From IMG/VR virus record IMGVR_UViG_3300045988_101454, positions 1-64,000 of that record: 64,000 bases of DNA. One strand, given 5' to 3'. Position numbers and translations under genes: made by a program. Below, in pieces: positions 15,744 to 26,929 of this stretch (position 1 is its first letter; each line of letters opens with the position of its first letter). The notes below the pieces were generated by a model. The model ran no database searches. It was not told the DNA's origin and saw only the letters and a list, made by a program, of their open reading frames with translations. The DNA comes from a virus.

Positions 15744-15845
15744 ATCATTAAGTTTTTAAAAATTTATTCCCTAAAAAGCTATAGGATTTTTCACTTTTCA
15801 CTTTTCACTTTTTCACTTTCTACTTTTTACCTTTTTACCTTTTCC

Positions 15846-18800
15846 TTAATCAACAAGACTATGCCGCAAGCATCGCCACAACTCTCCGTCGAAAAACAGT
15901 TCAGAGTCTTGTACGAATTGGTCAAGGATACACGACCCATCGGTTTTATATACCACACCAATATTCTTTACGCCATAAGTGATATTTTTCCCGTTACCAT
16001 TTATTGTCACGGCAGATGCCCCTTTTATTATCTTATAGTATTGCCCAATCTCTGGGTCAGACGGCAGCGTCAGCGTCACACCAGCACGGCACACCACTAC
16101 ACACTCCATCTTGCTCAATGCTCTGTTGGCGGTAGCCACCGTCAGCATAGGGCGCATACCAGCAATGTCGCCCTTCGAGATAAACAGAGCATGGTTGCCG
16201 TTAGGCAAACTACTGCCTGCTATGTTTTGCAGCTCCCTGTGCTCAAGGTTCATCTTGCCCGATACACTCAGCATCATGCCGAGATTTACCTGCTGATAGT
16301 CGTAGGCGTCATTCCAGTTTTTTACCAAGTTCAAAAGCACACCACCTTGCTCATTCATTCCTCCAACACCGCTAAAGATGCCGTTGCCCATAACAAGGTC
16401 AAAGTTGTTGTCTCTACTTCTGAACACGATGTCAGAGCTGTTCAGGCACATATAGTCGGTCTCGCCAAGCGTGCCGTGCTTAAGGTAACTGGCGTCAATC
16501 TCAAAGCAGCCTATATAACCCTTTACCGCCTTCATCGCACCCGTGCTCGTAACATAGAACGGAGCATCCTTGGCAGTAGACGTACCCACAAACAGCGGAG
16601 CATACTCGCTGCCCACCTTGCAGGCATCCATCTCGTAGTTGCCAAAGTAGCCCACTTTATTCGTGCCGTCCTTGTTCACAGCCCATAGATGCTTCACGTT
16701 TATTAGGTCTGCGTTTAGTCCGTCCTCGTCAAACACCGCAACCTTCTTTCCCGTCCTCGTCCTGAACTTCGTCCTTTCCGCCGTCAAGGTCATCTCCTTG
16801 CTGTTGATGTCGATGCCAACTTCAAGCAAGGAAGCCAACATGCTTCTGTCTTCCACATAGTCGCTGCTCTCGGCAGTCCATTCCGTAGCCGTGGCACCCA
16901 CCTCAAGCTTTATTTGCGATACTAACAGCCTGCTGCCGGTAAACGTGCGCAACACAACAGCCTGTGGGAGCGAGTCGCCTATCACACGCCAATGAACGTA
17001 GTACATTTGCCATTTGCCCGAAACACTCATAAGTGCCTCGCCGTCTGGAGTTGAGGTGTTTATCACGTGTCCGCATATCTCCACCGCCACGTCAGGTGTA
17101 CCGTCGTTGTGCAAATAAGCGGCTATATGCGCATAGGCATCCGCATCGCTGTCACCCTTAGCCATAAACGACAGCATATAGTCCTGTCCCTGCTTTATCA
17201 CACCCTTGCCCGAGAGGTCCCAGGTCACGGTGTCAATCCTGCCGACAGCACCGCTTCTTATGTCCGTACACAGCGTAGCATAGCTGCCGTATCTGTCCGC
17301 ATCGCCCTCGCTCAAGAGCTTGGTAAAACTGCTGTTTACCGTCAGCCCGTCGCCGCTTGTCAAAGTGTCCGCCCTCGCAAGCAAGTTGCCGCCACGATAG
17401 TTGCAGTCCTCCTCCGACAGCGACCATCCTAAAAACTCGCTGCCCTCTGTCAGCATAGGCAAGGCAATGCGTGCGGTGTGCGCACCCGAGTAGATAAAGA
17501 CACAATCAGCATACACCGTCCTTGCGTCAAGCTCAAAGGTCTCGGTCATAAGGTTCCACCCCGTACTCATTTTCTTCGCCACCTCGCAGTATATGCTAAG
17601 ATTGTTGCCTATGTCGTTCATCTGTGCGTCCTTCTGCACGATATACACGCCAAAGTCACGATAAGCCACATCCCCGTCACACGCCAACATTGCGCTTACC
17701 GTATGTGTACGGTTTCTGCCAACCTTAACACGCAAGAAGTCAACACCTCTGTTCTTTCCCGTCGCTCCTTCTATCACCACAGCGTTAATGCCGTCATACT
17801 GATATACGGTCGTAATCCAAGGCTCATACGTGTCGTTGCCAGTCCACGATGCCTCCTTGCGCTTAAATGCAGTACCCGTAAGCAGGTTGAATCTGCCCTC
17901 GCTGCGCTGCCCAACCTTCAAGCTAAACTCCTTCGACGTCTGCTTGAAGGTGGTAAGGTCTGACTTCACTTCGCCAACAAGATTATTCGTCTCCTCTACC
18001 TTGCTCGTGACGCCATCCACGCTCACCTTAATGTCCGTAAATTTTTTCGACAACGTCATGCTGTTCCCGATGTCACCCGTGAACAGCATAAATTTGTCCG
18101 AGTTCACATACGTCATGGCAGGGCTCGCCAAGAACGTCAGGTCTCTCCACATATACACCTTGCTCAAGTCCTGTCTGTCGTTCACAATATCGTATCTGCC
18201 AATGCCATAATACATCGCAATCGCAGGAGCCGTGCCCGAAGCGTCGTCCTCCGTAGACGTCGACAACTTAATAGCGTTGCCCCTCGACAACCACTTCACC
18301 TGGTCGCCCACTTGCACAATCACGTCACCAGCCATAGGCGCACCAGGCTCGCCGCCACCCTTGACAGGCTCATAGCCAGCATAGTTGCGTCTGCTTACAG
18401 AGTTTTTCTTGTCGTCCATCTTTATGCCGTCCTGTTCAAGTACCGCCCCGAAGCTCGTCAGCCCACTCGCAGCAGCCACAGCCACGGCAGCACCGCCAAA
18501 GGTCAGCACCTTGCCCGTACCGTCGGCAAGCAGCTTCAAGCCATAGCTCGGAACAACTTCGTCCGTGCCGTTGAACCGCTCCACGTTGCTCAACACCACA
18601 TAGTCGTACAGCCTTCCGTCCTCAAGCGTCTCTTGACCCACAGCCACCACCAATCGCCAGTAGTAGCGGTTGGCAAGCTCGCCCTCTGTCTGCGCCTTAA
18701 CGTTAAAGGTCTGGCACATCGCCATCATGCCCGGTCGCCACCAGTTCATCGTCCTCGTCGTGCCGTCGTCGGCGGCAGCATAACACTTGTACGCAATCAC

Positions 18801-19880
18801 CTTCTCACCATTGGCGTCCATCACATAAGCCACCTTAACAATCGTAGAGCCTGCATTGCTAAAGATAGTCGTGCCGCCCGAATAGCTTACCTTGCGTATC
18901 TCAGCACCTGCCGCAAACATCTTAACGCGAGTCGTCAGATAGTCAATGTACATGTGGCTCTTTCCGTCCACACCCATATACAGGTCGAAACCCTGCGCAC
19001 CGATAATGGTTCGGTCCGCCTCGGTAGAGTGATGGTCATGCGCCCTGTCCACAACCACGTCGCCAAGCACAGCGTTGCCCTCGCCAGTAAGCCCCTTCTT
19101 CCCGTCCTTGCCCAGCTTCAAGCCTTCCATAAAGGTTATCGCCTTCTGCGCCGTGTCCTCGTGAACGCTCGACAGCGCATTGTCGTCAAGAAACTTAGGT
19201 GTAACGATGCGGTCGACAGACGACAGAGGGGTGTTATCATTAACGATGCCGTTCAAAGAGCCCTGTCCTTCGAACGTCAAGCTGCCACCCGACACGATAG
19301 TAAAAGTCTTGGCAAAAAACTCACGAAACTTCGTGCCTGCCTTCATCGTGAGGTCTTTTAGGAAGGTAACGATACTATCGACAGAAGAATATTTGTACCA
19401 TTCGCTTTCGGTTGTACTTGCGTCTAACGCCTCGTCGGACGACAGATAACCCGTGAAAACACGTGTATCCCAATCGCGATCTGTGGTGCCGTTGTCACCC
19501 GAAGACGTTATCTTGCCCTGCATAAAGATGTAATAGTACCGCTCGTCGCCAATCTGTTCTTCCTTCTCGTTTTTGCCGTAAATGTCAATCAGCTCAGACG
19601 GAAAAACAACCCATGCCGAAGCCGTAGAATTTAAACTACGCGGAATGGCGGCATAGACGTATTTTTCGGTGTGCGAATTGAAGACTGTAGGCGAAGCCAG
19701 CAAAGGCCAACGGCGATAATTGTGACCGGCATCGTAGCCAATGATATCCTTGACGTACACAAGTATCTGGGCACCGCTCACGCACGATGCCTGGATATAG
19801 TCGGGATTGCCCAAAGCGTTTAGTTCGATGTGCAGCGCCGAGGATGAAATCCAATAGTCTTTGGTTGTTGCTTGTGTCAT
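15846..19880 (-). CDS. very large virion structural protein (tail fibre / host-specificity-like)
   Basis: 1344-aa uninterrupted ORF in the late operon, directly upstream of the DGR-diversified fibre. The function is assigned by size and position only. Confidence 0.7.
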   Translation of the reverse strand: MTQATTKDYWISSSALHIELNALGNPDYIQASCVSGAQILVYVKDIIGYDAGHNYRRWPLLASPTVFNSHTEKYVYAAIPRSLNSTASAWVVFPSELIDIYGKNEKEEQIGDERYYYIFMQGKITSSGDNGTTDRDWDTRVFTGYLSSDEALDASTTESEWYKYSSVDSIVTFLKDLTMKAGTKFREFFAKTFTIVSGGSLTFEGQGSLNGIVNDNTPLSSVDRIVTPKFLDDNALSSVHEDTAQKAITFMEGLKLGKDGKKGLTGEGNAVLGDVVVDRAHDHHSTEADRTIIGAQGFDLYMGVDGKSHMYIDYLTTRVKMFAAGAEIRKVSYSGGTTIFSNAGSTIVKVAYVMDANGEKVIAYKCYAAADDGTTRTMNWWRPGMMAMCQTFNVKAQTEGELANRYYWRLVVAVGQETLEDGRLYDYVVLSNVERFNGTDEVVPSYGLKLLADGTGKVLTFGGAAVAVAAASGLTSFGAVLEQDGIKMDDKKNSVSRRNYAGYEPVKGGGEPGAPMAGDVIVQVGDQVKWLSRGNAIKLSTSTEDDASGTAPAIAMYYGIGRYDIVNDRQDLSKVYMWRDLTFLASPAMTYVNSDKFMLFTGDIGNSMTLSKKFTDIKVSVDGVTSKVEETNNLVGEVKSDLTTFKQTSKEFSLKVGQRSEGRFNLLTGTAFKRKEASWTGNDTYEPWITTVYQYDGINAVVIEGATGKNRGVDFLRVKVGRNRTHTVSAMLACDGDVAYRDFGVYIVQKDAQMNDIGNNLSIYCEVAKKMSTGWNLMTETFELDARTVYADCVFIYSGAHTARIALPMLTEGSEFLGWSLSEEDCNYRGGNLLARADTLTSGDGLTVNSSFTKLLSEGDADRYGSYATLCTDIRSGAVGRIDTVTWDLSGKGVIKQGQDYMLSFMAKGDSDADAYAHIAAYLHNDGTPDVAVEICGHVINTSTPDGEALMSVSGKWQMYYVHWRVIGDSLPQAVVLRTFTGSRLLVSQIKLEVGATATEWTAESSDYVEDRSMLASLLEVGIDINSKEMTLTAERTKFRTRTGKKVAVFDEDGLNADLINVKHLWAVNKDGTNKVGYFGNYEMDACKVGSEYAPLFVGTSTAKDAPFYVTSTGAMKAVKGYIGCFEIDASYLKHGTLGETDYMCLNSSDIVFRSRDNNFDLVMGNGIFSGVGGMNEQGGVLLNLVKNWNDAYDYQQVNLGMMLSVSGKMNLEHRELQNIAGSSLPNGNHALFISKGDIAGMRPMLTVATANRALSKMECVVVCRAGVTLTLPSDPEIGQYYKIIKGASAVTINGNGKNITYGVKNIGVVYKTDGSCILDQFVQDSELFFDGELWRCLRHSLVD

Positions 19881-19951
19881 ATATTAGTTTAATTTTCTAT
19901 TGCGAATTTAGAAAAAAGCGTTAGCATGATGCGGACATATCCTAACGCAAA

Positions 19952-19983
19952 CGACCCCAAGAGCATGGTGTCTCTTGAGGTCG
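19952..19983 (-). terminator. strong intercistronic hairpin (attenuator or terminator candidate)
   Basis: A 12-bp stem, CGACCCCAAGAG/CTCTTGAGGTCG, that pairs perfectly with one G-U in minus-sense RNA. It is followed by UUUGCGUU. Confidence 0.45.
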
Positions 19984-20028
19984 TAAATCGGCTGCAAGCC
20001 GACCATTCCCTAATTTGTAATTCCTAAT

Positions 20029-21066
20029 TCAAATCAGACTGCTTCCCCTAAAGTCGAGTTTCGCCGTGAACGACACGCTGTGCATCGTTTCCTTAGTATT
20101 GTCGTCAAACGTGATTTCGTCTTCAGCAGTGATGGTGCAAGGCAGATATTTGCCGTTGATGTTTATCCATGCGTGTTCTGCCATCAGGAACTCATGCAGA
20201 TACCATGCGAGCCATGCTTCATCGAGAGGATCGGTCTGGAAGTTCCACTCCTCTTGATTGTTCTGCTTACGAGCGGTTGCACGAGAGAACGAGCGCATCG
20301 TTTCTTTCCGTGTCACGATGTAGTTGTTTACCGTCATACCGAACTTCTTGCTATACACTCTCGGCACACTGACGCTCTCCAACACACCAAACGAATTGAT
20401 GAAGCGGAACTCCGTGCGACGGCTGGCTTCCGACTGCGGCATGGCATAAACACTGATGTCACCAATGGTCTGCTGTCCCTCCCTGGTAATAGTGAAAGCT
20501 TTGGCTTCGGGTGCATCCCATGTGGCTGTGGTGAAGTCGATGGCAGGAGAATAGGGGTCTACGTAGATGATGGTTTCGCCTACACACGCCAACTGCGGTA
20601 TGGTGGTGGGCTTGCGAGTCATTCGGCTAACAGCCATTATGTTTTCAGAACTTATTAGGCGCTCGTAGTCGGAGAAGCCACCGAACATGGTCTGTTTTAC
20701 CTCATCTCCTGGCAAATAAGACACGGGTGCCTCCTTATGCACCTCGCCGTCAATCATGTACTCGTCGTATGCCGACACATTGAACTTCACTACGGGCATA
20801 ACACCCGGCTCGGGAGTATACTTATAAGAGTCGCGGAACGAGCGTAGAGCCGACGATATATCAGCATCAACATAGCCACCGCTTTTGCCCGTGATAGGCT
20901 CTGACATCTTTATTATCTCGTAATCGCCGCCGCTTATGCCACACTTTACCTCAAATATCATACGATGAAACGAGGGTGTGCCACTAAGAGCGACTGACTT
21001 GACTGCTACCGTTATAGGATTGCCATTAAACACAGAACCCGTAACTATTTTTATACGACTTGCCAT
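20029..21066 (-). CDS. virion structural protein (tail/baseplate, by position)
   Basis: 345-aa ORF between two very large structural ORFs. Confidence 0.6.
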   Translation of the reverse strand: MASRIKIVTGSVFNGNPITVAVKSVALSGTPSFHRMIFEVKCGISGGDYEIIKMSEPITGKSGGYVDADISSALRSFRDSYKYTPEPGVMPVVKFNVSAYDEYMIDGEVHKEAPVSYLPGDEVKQTMFGGFSDYERLISSENIMAVSRMTRKPTTIPQLACVGETIIYVDPYSPAIDFTTATWDAPEAKAFTITREGQQTIGDISVYAMPQSEASRRTEFRFINSFGVLESVSVPRVYSKKFGMTVNNYIVTRKETMRSFSRATARKQNNQEEWNFQTDPLDEAWLAWYLHEFLMAEHAWININGKYLPCTITAEDEITFDDNTKETMHSVSFTAKLDFRGSSLI

Positions 21067-21095
21067 TGTTTCAGTTATTAATTGGTAATTATTAA

Positions 21096-23933
21096 TTAAA
21101 TGCTGTAGATCTCAAGCTCTACTTCGCCTATTCCTTCCTTTGCCGATACGTCAGCATTTACTTTGTTGATTAAGCATTTCTTGCCGTCGATGTTCCACCA
21201 CTCTTTCCAATGGTTCTGAATGTCGGCTATCTGTGCTACAGAGGCAAGACACTTGACGTAATACTTCTTGCGATGTAGGAGAAAATAGATGTAATCGACG
21301 AGGAACACGTCTACGTAGCCACGGTTCTTGACTGACGGGGTGTTTACCACAAGCGGAGCATCTGCCCATTCGGGCTGCACCCAAGCACGAGGCTTCAGGG
21401 AGAAACGCTCCTCATTGCCGATGCCCGGCTCTACACCGTTGTAATCATACTCATAGCCGTATGGGTCGATGGAGTCGGTAGTCAGGGCATACTCGCCAGC
21501 CTTGGTGCGCCATTTGGAGTTACCGAACCCGTCGTAGTTGTAGTCATAGGCTTCATGTGTTGAGTCCACGCCGCCACCTCGCATGATAGCCACCGACAAT
21601 CCCCAGTCGTATGACTGAAGGGGCGAGTTGCCGTCATCGGTGGAAGAAGGATCATAGCTCTCACGCAACGAGAGTTCTTCGGTAACGTAGAAGTCAGCCA
21701 CCATCGACGACATAGTGTTCTTGATGTACTGCTTCACAAATTCATGCTCCATGTCTTCGTCAACGAGAGCTGCCATCTGAGTCTTGGCGTAAGATCCGTT
21801 TATTTCGACAAACTCATATCCAGGGTATTCCTTGCCTACCTCAGCAGGTTGCTTGGTGTTGTCGGTAGCACATTTGCTGCCCGTACTGGAAGCAAGAGCT
21901 TTGCGATAGTTGGCATCCACCATGCCGACGGGAACGAACGATGACTTAAATTCCTGAATGAAGTCTTCGTTTATTGTCGAACAATCACCTTCCTCCACTC
22001 CCTTCATTGCTGCCACCTCAAACAGTCGCGGCTCCATATCACCAGCATTGGTGAAGTCTTTGTCTATCTTCACGCGATATTTATTGCCCGTCTGAAGGTC
22101 AACGAATACGCTCATTTCAGTATTCTTGACACGATGAATGATGTCCTTATATGTAAGGCTCGTCACGGTGCGGTCCTTGGGATATTCTATATAGTCGTAA
22201 TCGGTGTTAAAATCCTTTACTTGGTTCTTCACGTTGTCTTTCTGCTCCTTGGCTTCACTCTCGGCTGCATATCCAGCACGCACACCGGTTATCTTCTCCG
22301 TCATTGGCACCATAGACAGCACTTCGGCATGGAAGGTGCGAGGGTCGGGATTCTGCTTGCGGAACACGTCACGGATAAGATAAGCAGTTACCTTCTTCTG
22401 CTCGTAGTCGTAATGAAACTTAATGCCGAACTGCTGCTCAAGCGAGTCAATAACATCTGATACCGACTCGGCAGGGAAGTTCTGCTCATTGGCATACATA
22501 CGGAAGATGCTTGCACTCATCTGTGCCTCCTCGATAGTACTCTTGCAAGTGATGCTTGCCACCTTGTCTATGCCTACAGTTACGGTAGTGAAACCACTAT
22601 CCAGCACCGTCACAACCTCGGTGTCCTTGAATACGCCCTGATCGAAGAAGCTGCCGTCATACGGTTTCTCTACTACCTTATACGTAACCTTGCGATACTT
22701 CACCTCCTGAACGCTCTTGTCTTTCGGATTTTCAAGTTTTAATTTGCCGCCACAACCGCGCGAACTGAGCCATGCGTTTACATCATCGAACAGATTAGCA
22801 ACATCCTTTTCGCTGTTGGCTTGTTTTTGGAAAAAGCCAACCTTCACGTCGCCCTTCTTTTTCAGTCCGGCAATAACCTCTTTGTCGTTCTCTTTGTAGA
22901 TTTCCTTGGCATAAAGCGGTTCGATATTGTAGGCGCATTTTGTGGTGAAGAAGCAGAGACGGTTCAAGTCACCGATGGCTGTAAGAGCCGAATTGTCGAA
23001 CTGTACGCCAAGATGCTCAAAGAGGCAGTCGAGGAAGAACAGCACATAGAAACAAATGCCCGATTGTGGACGGTCGGCATCCAATACCCAGATAGGACCA
23101 CGGTCTTCATACATTTCCTGTTCCTTTGTGCTCAAGCTGTCCTCGTTGTTGCGACCGTGAATGCTCTTCACAACGCTGTCGGATGTCGTTCCGTCTTCGG
23201 CAAGGTCGTAATGCTTATAACAAACACGGGCATTGCAGTATGGCTTCAGAGGATAAGGATCGCTTACGTTGATATATGATTTCAGCACTTCGGGCACCTT
23301 CACCTCGTTGCCGTTAGGATAAGTGTAAGTCTTCTTCAGCTTGGCTTCGTGATTGTTGCCTTCCTCCACACATTGTGCCGGGTAAGAGAAGCCGAGAGCT
23401 TGCGGAGAAAAAGACGCTTCGGTCTTGTCTTTGCCCACCGAACCATAACTTTTATCGCCTTTCTTGCCCTCGTATTTAATTACAACGCTCGTATTGTAGG
23501 TCACGCTCACATCCACCTTGTCAATCTTCTCGCCTATCAAGAGTTGGTCGTGATATTTCTGTGGTATAGGCACCTCGTTGCACTTGAGGTCGCTAATGAG
23601 GTCGGAGAACGACTGTGTAGATGCGTCGATGTTGAGCGAGAGGGAGTCTTCCAGTCGTTCGTCTTCCTGGATGATGGCTGTGCCGGAGGCGAAGGGTACG
23701 CCGTCGGCGATGATCTGCATCGGCGTGTGCTCGTAGCTCACGGGTCGGATGTCGCTACTGACATCATCCACGTTTTTGAGAAAATGTCGGTTGCCTTCGA
23801 TAGGCAGGTCCACGGGATAGGAGAACATCTCGGTGTCGTTGAACAATGGGTTGCTCAACTCGATGCTGATGGATGTGTCTTCCTTTAGGGCGAGCGGCTT
23901 GCCGTCGGCAAGAATGGTGAGTTTGCTGTTCAT
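21096..23933 (-). CDS. large virion structural protein (baseplate / tail hub-like, by position)
   Basis: 945-aa uninterrupted ORF in the late operon. Confidence 0.65.
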   Translation of the reverse strand: MNSKLTILADGKPLALKEDTSISIELSNPLFNDTEMFSYPVDLPIEGNRHFLKNVDDVSSDIRPVSYEHTPMQIIADGVPFASGTAIIQEDERLEDSLSLNIDASTQSFSDLISDLKCNEVPIPQKYHDQLLIGEKIDKVDVSVTYNTSVVIKYEGKKGDKSYGSVGKDKTEASFSPQALGFSYPAQCVEEGNNHEAKLKKTYTYPNGNEVKVPEVLKSYINVSDPYPLKPYCNARVCYKHYDLAEDGTTSDSVVKSIHGRNNEDSLSTKEQEMYEDRGPIWVLDADRPQSGICFYVLFFLDCLFEHLGVQFDNSALTAIGDLNRLCFFTTKCAYNIEPLYAKEIYKENDKEVIAGLKKKGDVKVGFFQKQANSEKDVANLFDDVNAWLSSRGCGGKLKLENPKDKSVQEVKYRKVTYKVVEKPYDGSFFDQGVFKDTEVVTVLDSGFTTVTVGIDKVASITCKSTIEEAQMSASIFRMYANEQNFPAESVSDVIDSLEQQFGIKFHYDYEQKKVTAYLIRDVFRKQNPDPRTFHAEVLSMVPMTEKITGVRAGYAAESEAKEQKDNVKNQVKDFNTDYDYIEYPKDRTVTSLTYKDIIHRVKNTEMSVFVDLQTGNKYRVKIDKDFTNAGDMEPRLFEVAAMKGVEEGDCSTINEDFIQEFKSSFVPVGMVDANYRKALASSTGSKCATDNTKQPAEVGKEYPGYEFVEINGSYAKTQMAALVDEDMEHEFVKQYIKNTMSSMVADFYVTEELSLRESYDPSSTDDGNSPLQSYDWGLSVAIMRGGGVDSTHEAYDYNYDGFGNSKWRTKAGEYALTTDSIDPYGYEYDYNGVEPGIGNEERFSLKPRAWVQPEWADAPLVVNTPSVKNRGYVDVFLVDYIYFLLHRKKYYVKCLASVAQIADIQNHWKEWWNIDGKKCLINKVNADVSAKEGIGEVELEIYSI

Positions 23934-24020
23934 GTTGGTTGTTATTTAATGAGCCTTTTGAGCCTTACTGAGTCTTTCTAAGCCTTGGAGAAATATTAGA
24001 GAGTGCTGAGCCTTGGATTG

Positions 24021-24662
24021 TTATACTATGAATTTGGCGTTGCCGTAGAGCGTGATGTTACGTTCTGATGTGGCATATACTTTTGTGTCGCCGTAGGCTT
24101 CGATCTTACGGTAGGAGAGAGCCTTTACGGTACCTCCGTGTGCCTCGCACGTTACGCTGCCATTGAGAGAGGCATCGGTGGAGGTCCATAGGCGGGAGTG
24201 GCCGAAGGCTACCGTATTGCCCTTGCTGACGTGACCGTAGGAGTAATCGTAGAGATTTATGATGGCTCTATCGTTCTTTTCGCTATACACCTGGGCGTGG
24301 TCCCAGGCGCGAACCCTTGCCTTGCCAAGGACGTAACACTTGGCGTAGTCGTTTATCTCAACGATGTGGTCATAGTCGGTAACAATAACAAGGACGTACT
24401 CGGGGGCTGTCTGAGGACATTCGTTGACGTAGATGCCGGCTGCGTTCATTTCTTCCTTTAGTGAGGGGTAGAGAGCAGGAAGCAGATCGTTGATGATGTC
24501 GGCGTATTTGCTCTCAACGATGTCTTCCAAGTTGGCTCGCCACACAGCCATGAGCTGACTGATGTTTTCGGTGGCGAGCATGGCACGATAGCCTTCGGCG
24601 CAAGCATGGCGGTCGTGGCAGGCATGGGTGCAGATTTGTTTGAGTTGATCGAATGAGGTCAT
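24021..24662 (-). CDS. hypothetical late-operon protein
   Basis: 213-aa ORF. Confidence 0.6.
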   Translation of the reverse strand: MTSFDQLKQICTHACHDRHACAEGYRAMLATENISQLMAVWRANLEDIVESKYADIINDLLPALYPSLKEEMNAAGIYVNECPQTAPEYVLVIVTDYDHIVEINDYAKCYVLGKARVRAWDHAQVYSEKNDRAIINLYDYSYGHVSKGNTVAFGHSRLWTSTDASLNGSVTCEAHGGTVKALSYRKIEAYGDTKVYATSERNITLYGNAKFIV

Positions 24663-24683
24663 GGGTCTTGTTTTTAAGCCTTA

Positions 24684-25745
24684 CTAAGCCTTTGGTGAAA
24701 CTTCGCTTTTGGTTTTCTCCAATATTGCCTCGAAGCCTTTTATCTCATCTTCGGTCACGATGTCGGCGTAGTCTTTGCGGAGTTGGGCGATGCGGTCGGT
24801 AAGGCCCTTTATGCGGGCTTTGGTCGATGGCTTGTCCTTTCGCATGATGTACTTAATGAGAGCATCGGCTTCGGCTTTGTGCTTGGCTGCTGCATCGCGG
24901 GCGGCTTTCACCTCGGGGCGGTCGTTGGCTATCTTGTCGGCTACCGACTGGGCGAAGAGAGGATCGCGGGCGAGTGCCTTGTCGTAGAAGGGACGGAACT
25001 GGGCGCGTAGGTTCTGCGGTGGGACGTTGCACGCTTTCTCTATTCGGGCGATGTATTCGGGGTCGCCGGTGCGTGGGGATAGGCGAAGGTATGCCTCGCC
25101 AATTTCGCGGTCAACGTTGATGTAGATTCGAGGGAGGATGTCGCTTTCTATCTTTACGGCACGGGTGGCGAGAAGGGCAATCTCTTCTTCGGTGTAGATA
25201 GGTCTGCCTGCCTTCTCATTGGCTTCGGCCATGGTCTTGGCTTGCTCAGCCTTTGCTGCCATCTCGTTGCGCAAGGAGCGCACGGTGTTGACTTGCTCTT
25301 GCAGACGTTCGGAGAGGAACGGTCGGAGCTGCATGAGGTTGGGCATGGTGGACGCGATGGTCTCGCCGTTGGGGTTGGCTACGATGCCGCCGTAGGTGAG
25401 AGGCTGCAAGGTGAGGTCGGGCTTTAGGTCGGGGAAGAGCGAGCGACGCGCTTCCTCAAGAGCTTTCTCCTTCTGCTGCTCGGCATAGAGAGCCTGCTCC
25501 TCACGGGTAGGGCGACCGACGTGACGCTTTATCTCCGTGCGAGAGGTCTGCATGGTTTGCAGATAGGTGAGGAGCTGACGCACACGACGATGGTAGTCGC
25601 GGAATCGTCGGCTCTCCTTAACGAACGACATTGCCCGTGGATTCTGCTCAAGAAGAGTAAGACCGCGCTCGAAGGCTTCACGCTGGTCGGAGGTGAGCAT
25701 ACGGGCGGAGAGGGCAGGGGTCAAAATGCGGATTATTTCTTCCAT
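24684..25745 (-). CDS. hypothetical late-operon protein (helical, charged)
   Basis: 353-aa ORF. Confidence 0.6.
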   Translation of the reverse strand: MEEIIRILTPALSARMLTSDQREAFERGLTLLEQNPRAMSFVKESRRFRDYHRRVRQLLTYLQTMQTSRTEIKRHVGRPTREEQALYAEQQKEKALEEARRSLFPDLKPDLTLQPLTYGGIVANPNGETIASTMPNLMQLRPFLSERLQEQVNTVRSLRNEMAAKAEQAKTMAEANEKAGRPIYTEEEIALLATRAVKIESDILPRIYINVDREIGEAYLRLSPRTGDPEYIARIEKACNVPPQNLRAQFRPFYDKALARDPLFAQSVADKIANDRPEVKAARDAAAKHKAEADALIKYIMRKDKPSTKARIKGLTDRIAQLRKDYADIVTEDEIKGFEAILEKTKSEVSPKA

Positions 25746-25804
25746 AATTTTTTCTTTTTAAGTCTTACTGGGCCTTTTGGGGCCTTTCTAAGTCTTTGGG
25801 GAAA

Positions 25805-26839
25805 CTAATACAGCAGTGGCGATACGAATATCTTGCTGTCTGGCTGATTGTTCTCGTAGCCTTTGCTTGTTGAGTCGGTGGTGTTGGTTGAGGGCTTGTC
25901 TGGGGTGGTGTTGGCAACGTCCGCTGCCTTGCGCATTTCCATGAGCCGGAGCACCGAGGTGCGTAGGGCGATGGCCTCGTTGTGGGCAGCTGCTCGGCGT
26001 GCCTTGTCAATAGTGAGTATTGTTGTGCGCTCTTCGAGGTGGGCCACCATCAAGCGACGTACCTTGCGAAGGAGTGGCTTGTCGTTAGGATCGTAGGTGT
26101 GGAGAAGACGCTGCACCGTGTCTTCGCCAATAGCCTCGCTGATGTATTCGTCTTGAATGAAGTGGAGGTCGGGCAGAAGACGGATGAACTTCTCACGGCT
26201 CTCGTAGATGTCGAGGTAGTGCTGAAGGTCGGCACATGTGGCAATGAGGAGGTCGTGGTGGAGATAGTAGTACTGGCTCTCCTGCCACAATAGGCTTATC
26301 TCCTCAATGGCCTTGTGCTGCTCATCCTTTGGCTCGGTGGTCGGCGGCTCGGTGGAGTCGGCATCGGCGATGGCTGCGGGGGTAGCCATCTTGCGTGCCC
26401 AACCTTCGAGCATTACGAGCATCTGATTGAGCGACACCATAGCCTCGCGCTTATAGCCCTGCACTCCCTTGTCGAGTAGGTCTTTTGATGCCGTGCCGTA
26501 GTCGTCGCTTGAAGCCACGTTGATGCCGGTGCCGTTGATAGAGAGAGCCTGTGCGTAGACGAAGCGCGACATGGCATCGTATGTCACCATGCGCTGTGCC
26601 ATAAGCAGGAGTTGCATCCAAGGTTGCTGAGTGTGCTCACCGTTGCTGACTGCCATGTAGAAGTCGTCGGGCGAAACGGTCTGATAATACTCGCACAACC
26701 GATTGTAGAGCGAGTCGCCCAACTTGTCGCGCAGAAAATCTTTCTCGCTGTTGTCGAGTATGCCTTGAAGAGAACTTATCTCGTCAATGGCGTTGCTGGG
26801 GATGTGGAGCCGAAGCTCCTTGGTGGTTGATAAAATCAT
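25805..26839 (-). CDS. hypothetical late-operon protein
   Basis: 344-aa ORF preceded by an (AATTCAAA)n low-complexity leader. Confidence 0.6.
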   Translation of the reverse strand: MILSTTKELRLHIPSNAIDEISSLQGILDNSEKDFLRDKLGDSLYNRLCEYYQTVSPDDFYMAVSNGEHTQQPWMQLLLMAQRMVTYDAMSRFVYAQALSINGTGINVASSDDYGTASKDLLDKGVQGYKREAMVSLNQMLVMLEGWARKMATPAAIADADSTEPPTTEPKDEQHKAIEEISLLWQESQYYYLHHDLLIATCADLQHYLDIYESREKFIRLLPDLHFIQDEYISEAIGEDTVQRLLHTYDPNDKPLLRKVRRLMVAHLEERTTILTIDKARRAAAHNEAIALRTSVLRLMEMRKAADVANTTPDKPSTNTTDSTSKGYENNQPDSKIFVSPLLY

Positions 26840-26929
26840 ACGCTATGCGAATTTTGAATTTTGAGTTTTGAATTTTGAATTGTCGGCAAGCCGATTAGGA
26901 ATTACTCAATTTTGAATTATCCATGTCTT

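Noticed and set aside
14424-16688. 754-aa plus-strand ORF, the longest plus-strand ORF in the track
   Set aside because: It runs antisense to two well-supported minus-strand structural genes and straight across their intergenic spacer (15744-15845). Its Arg/His/Leu/Val-rich composition is typical of antisense frames. The same reasoning applies to the other long plus-strand ORFs opposite large minus-strand genes, for example 18312..19361, 28375..29274, 51659..52513 and 9192..9899.
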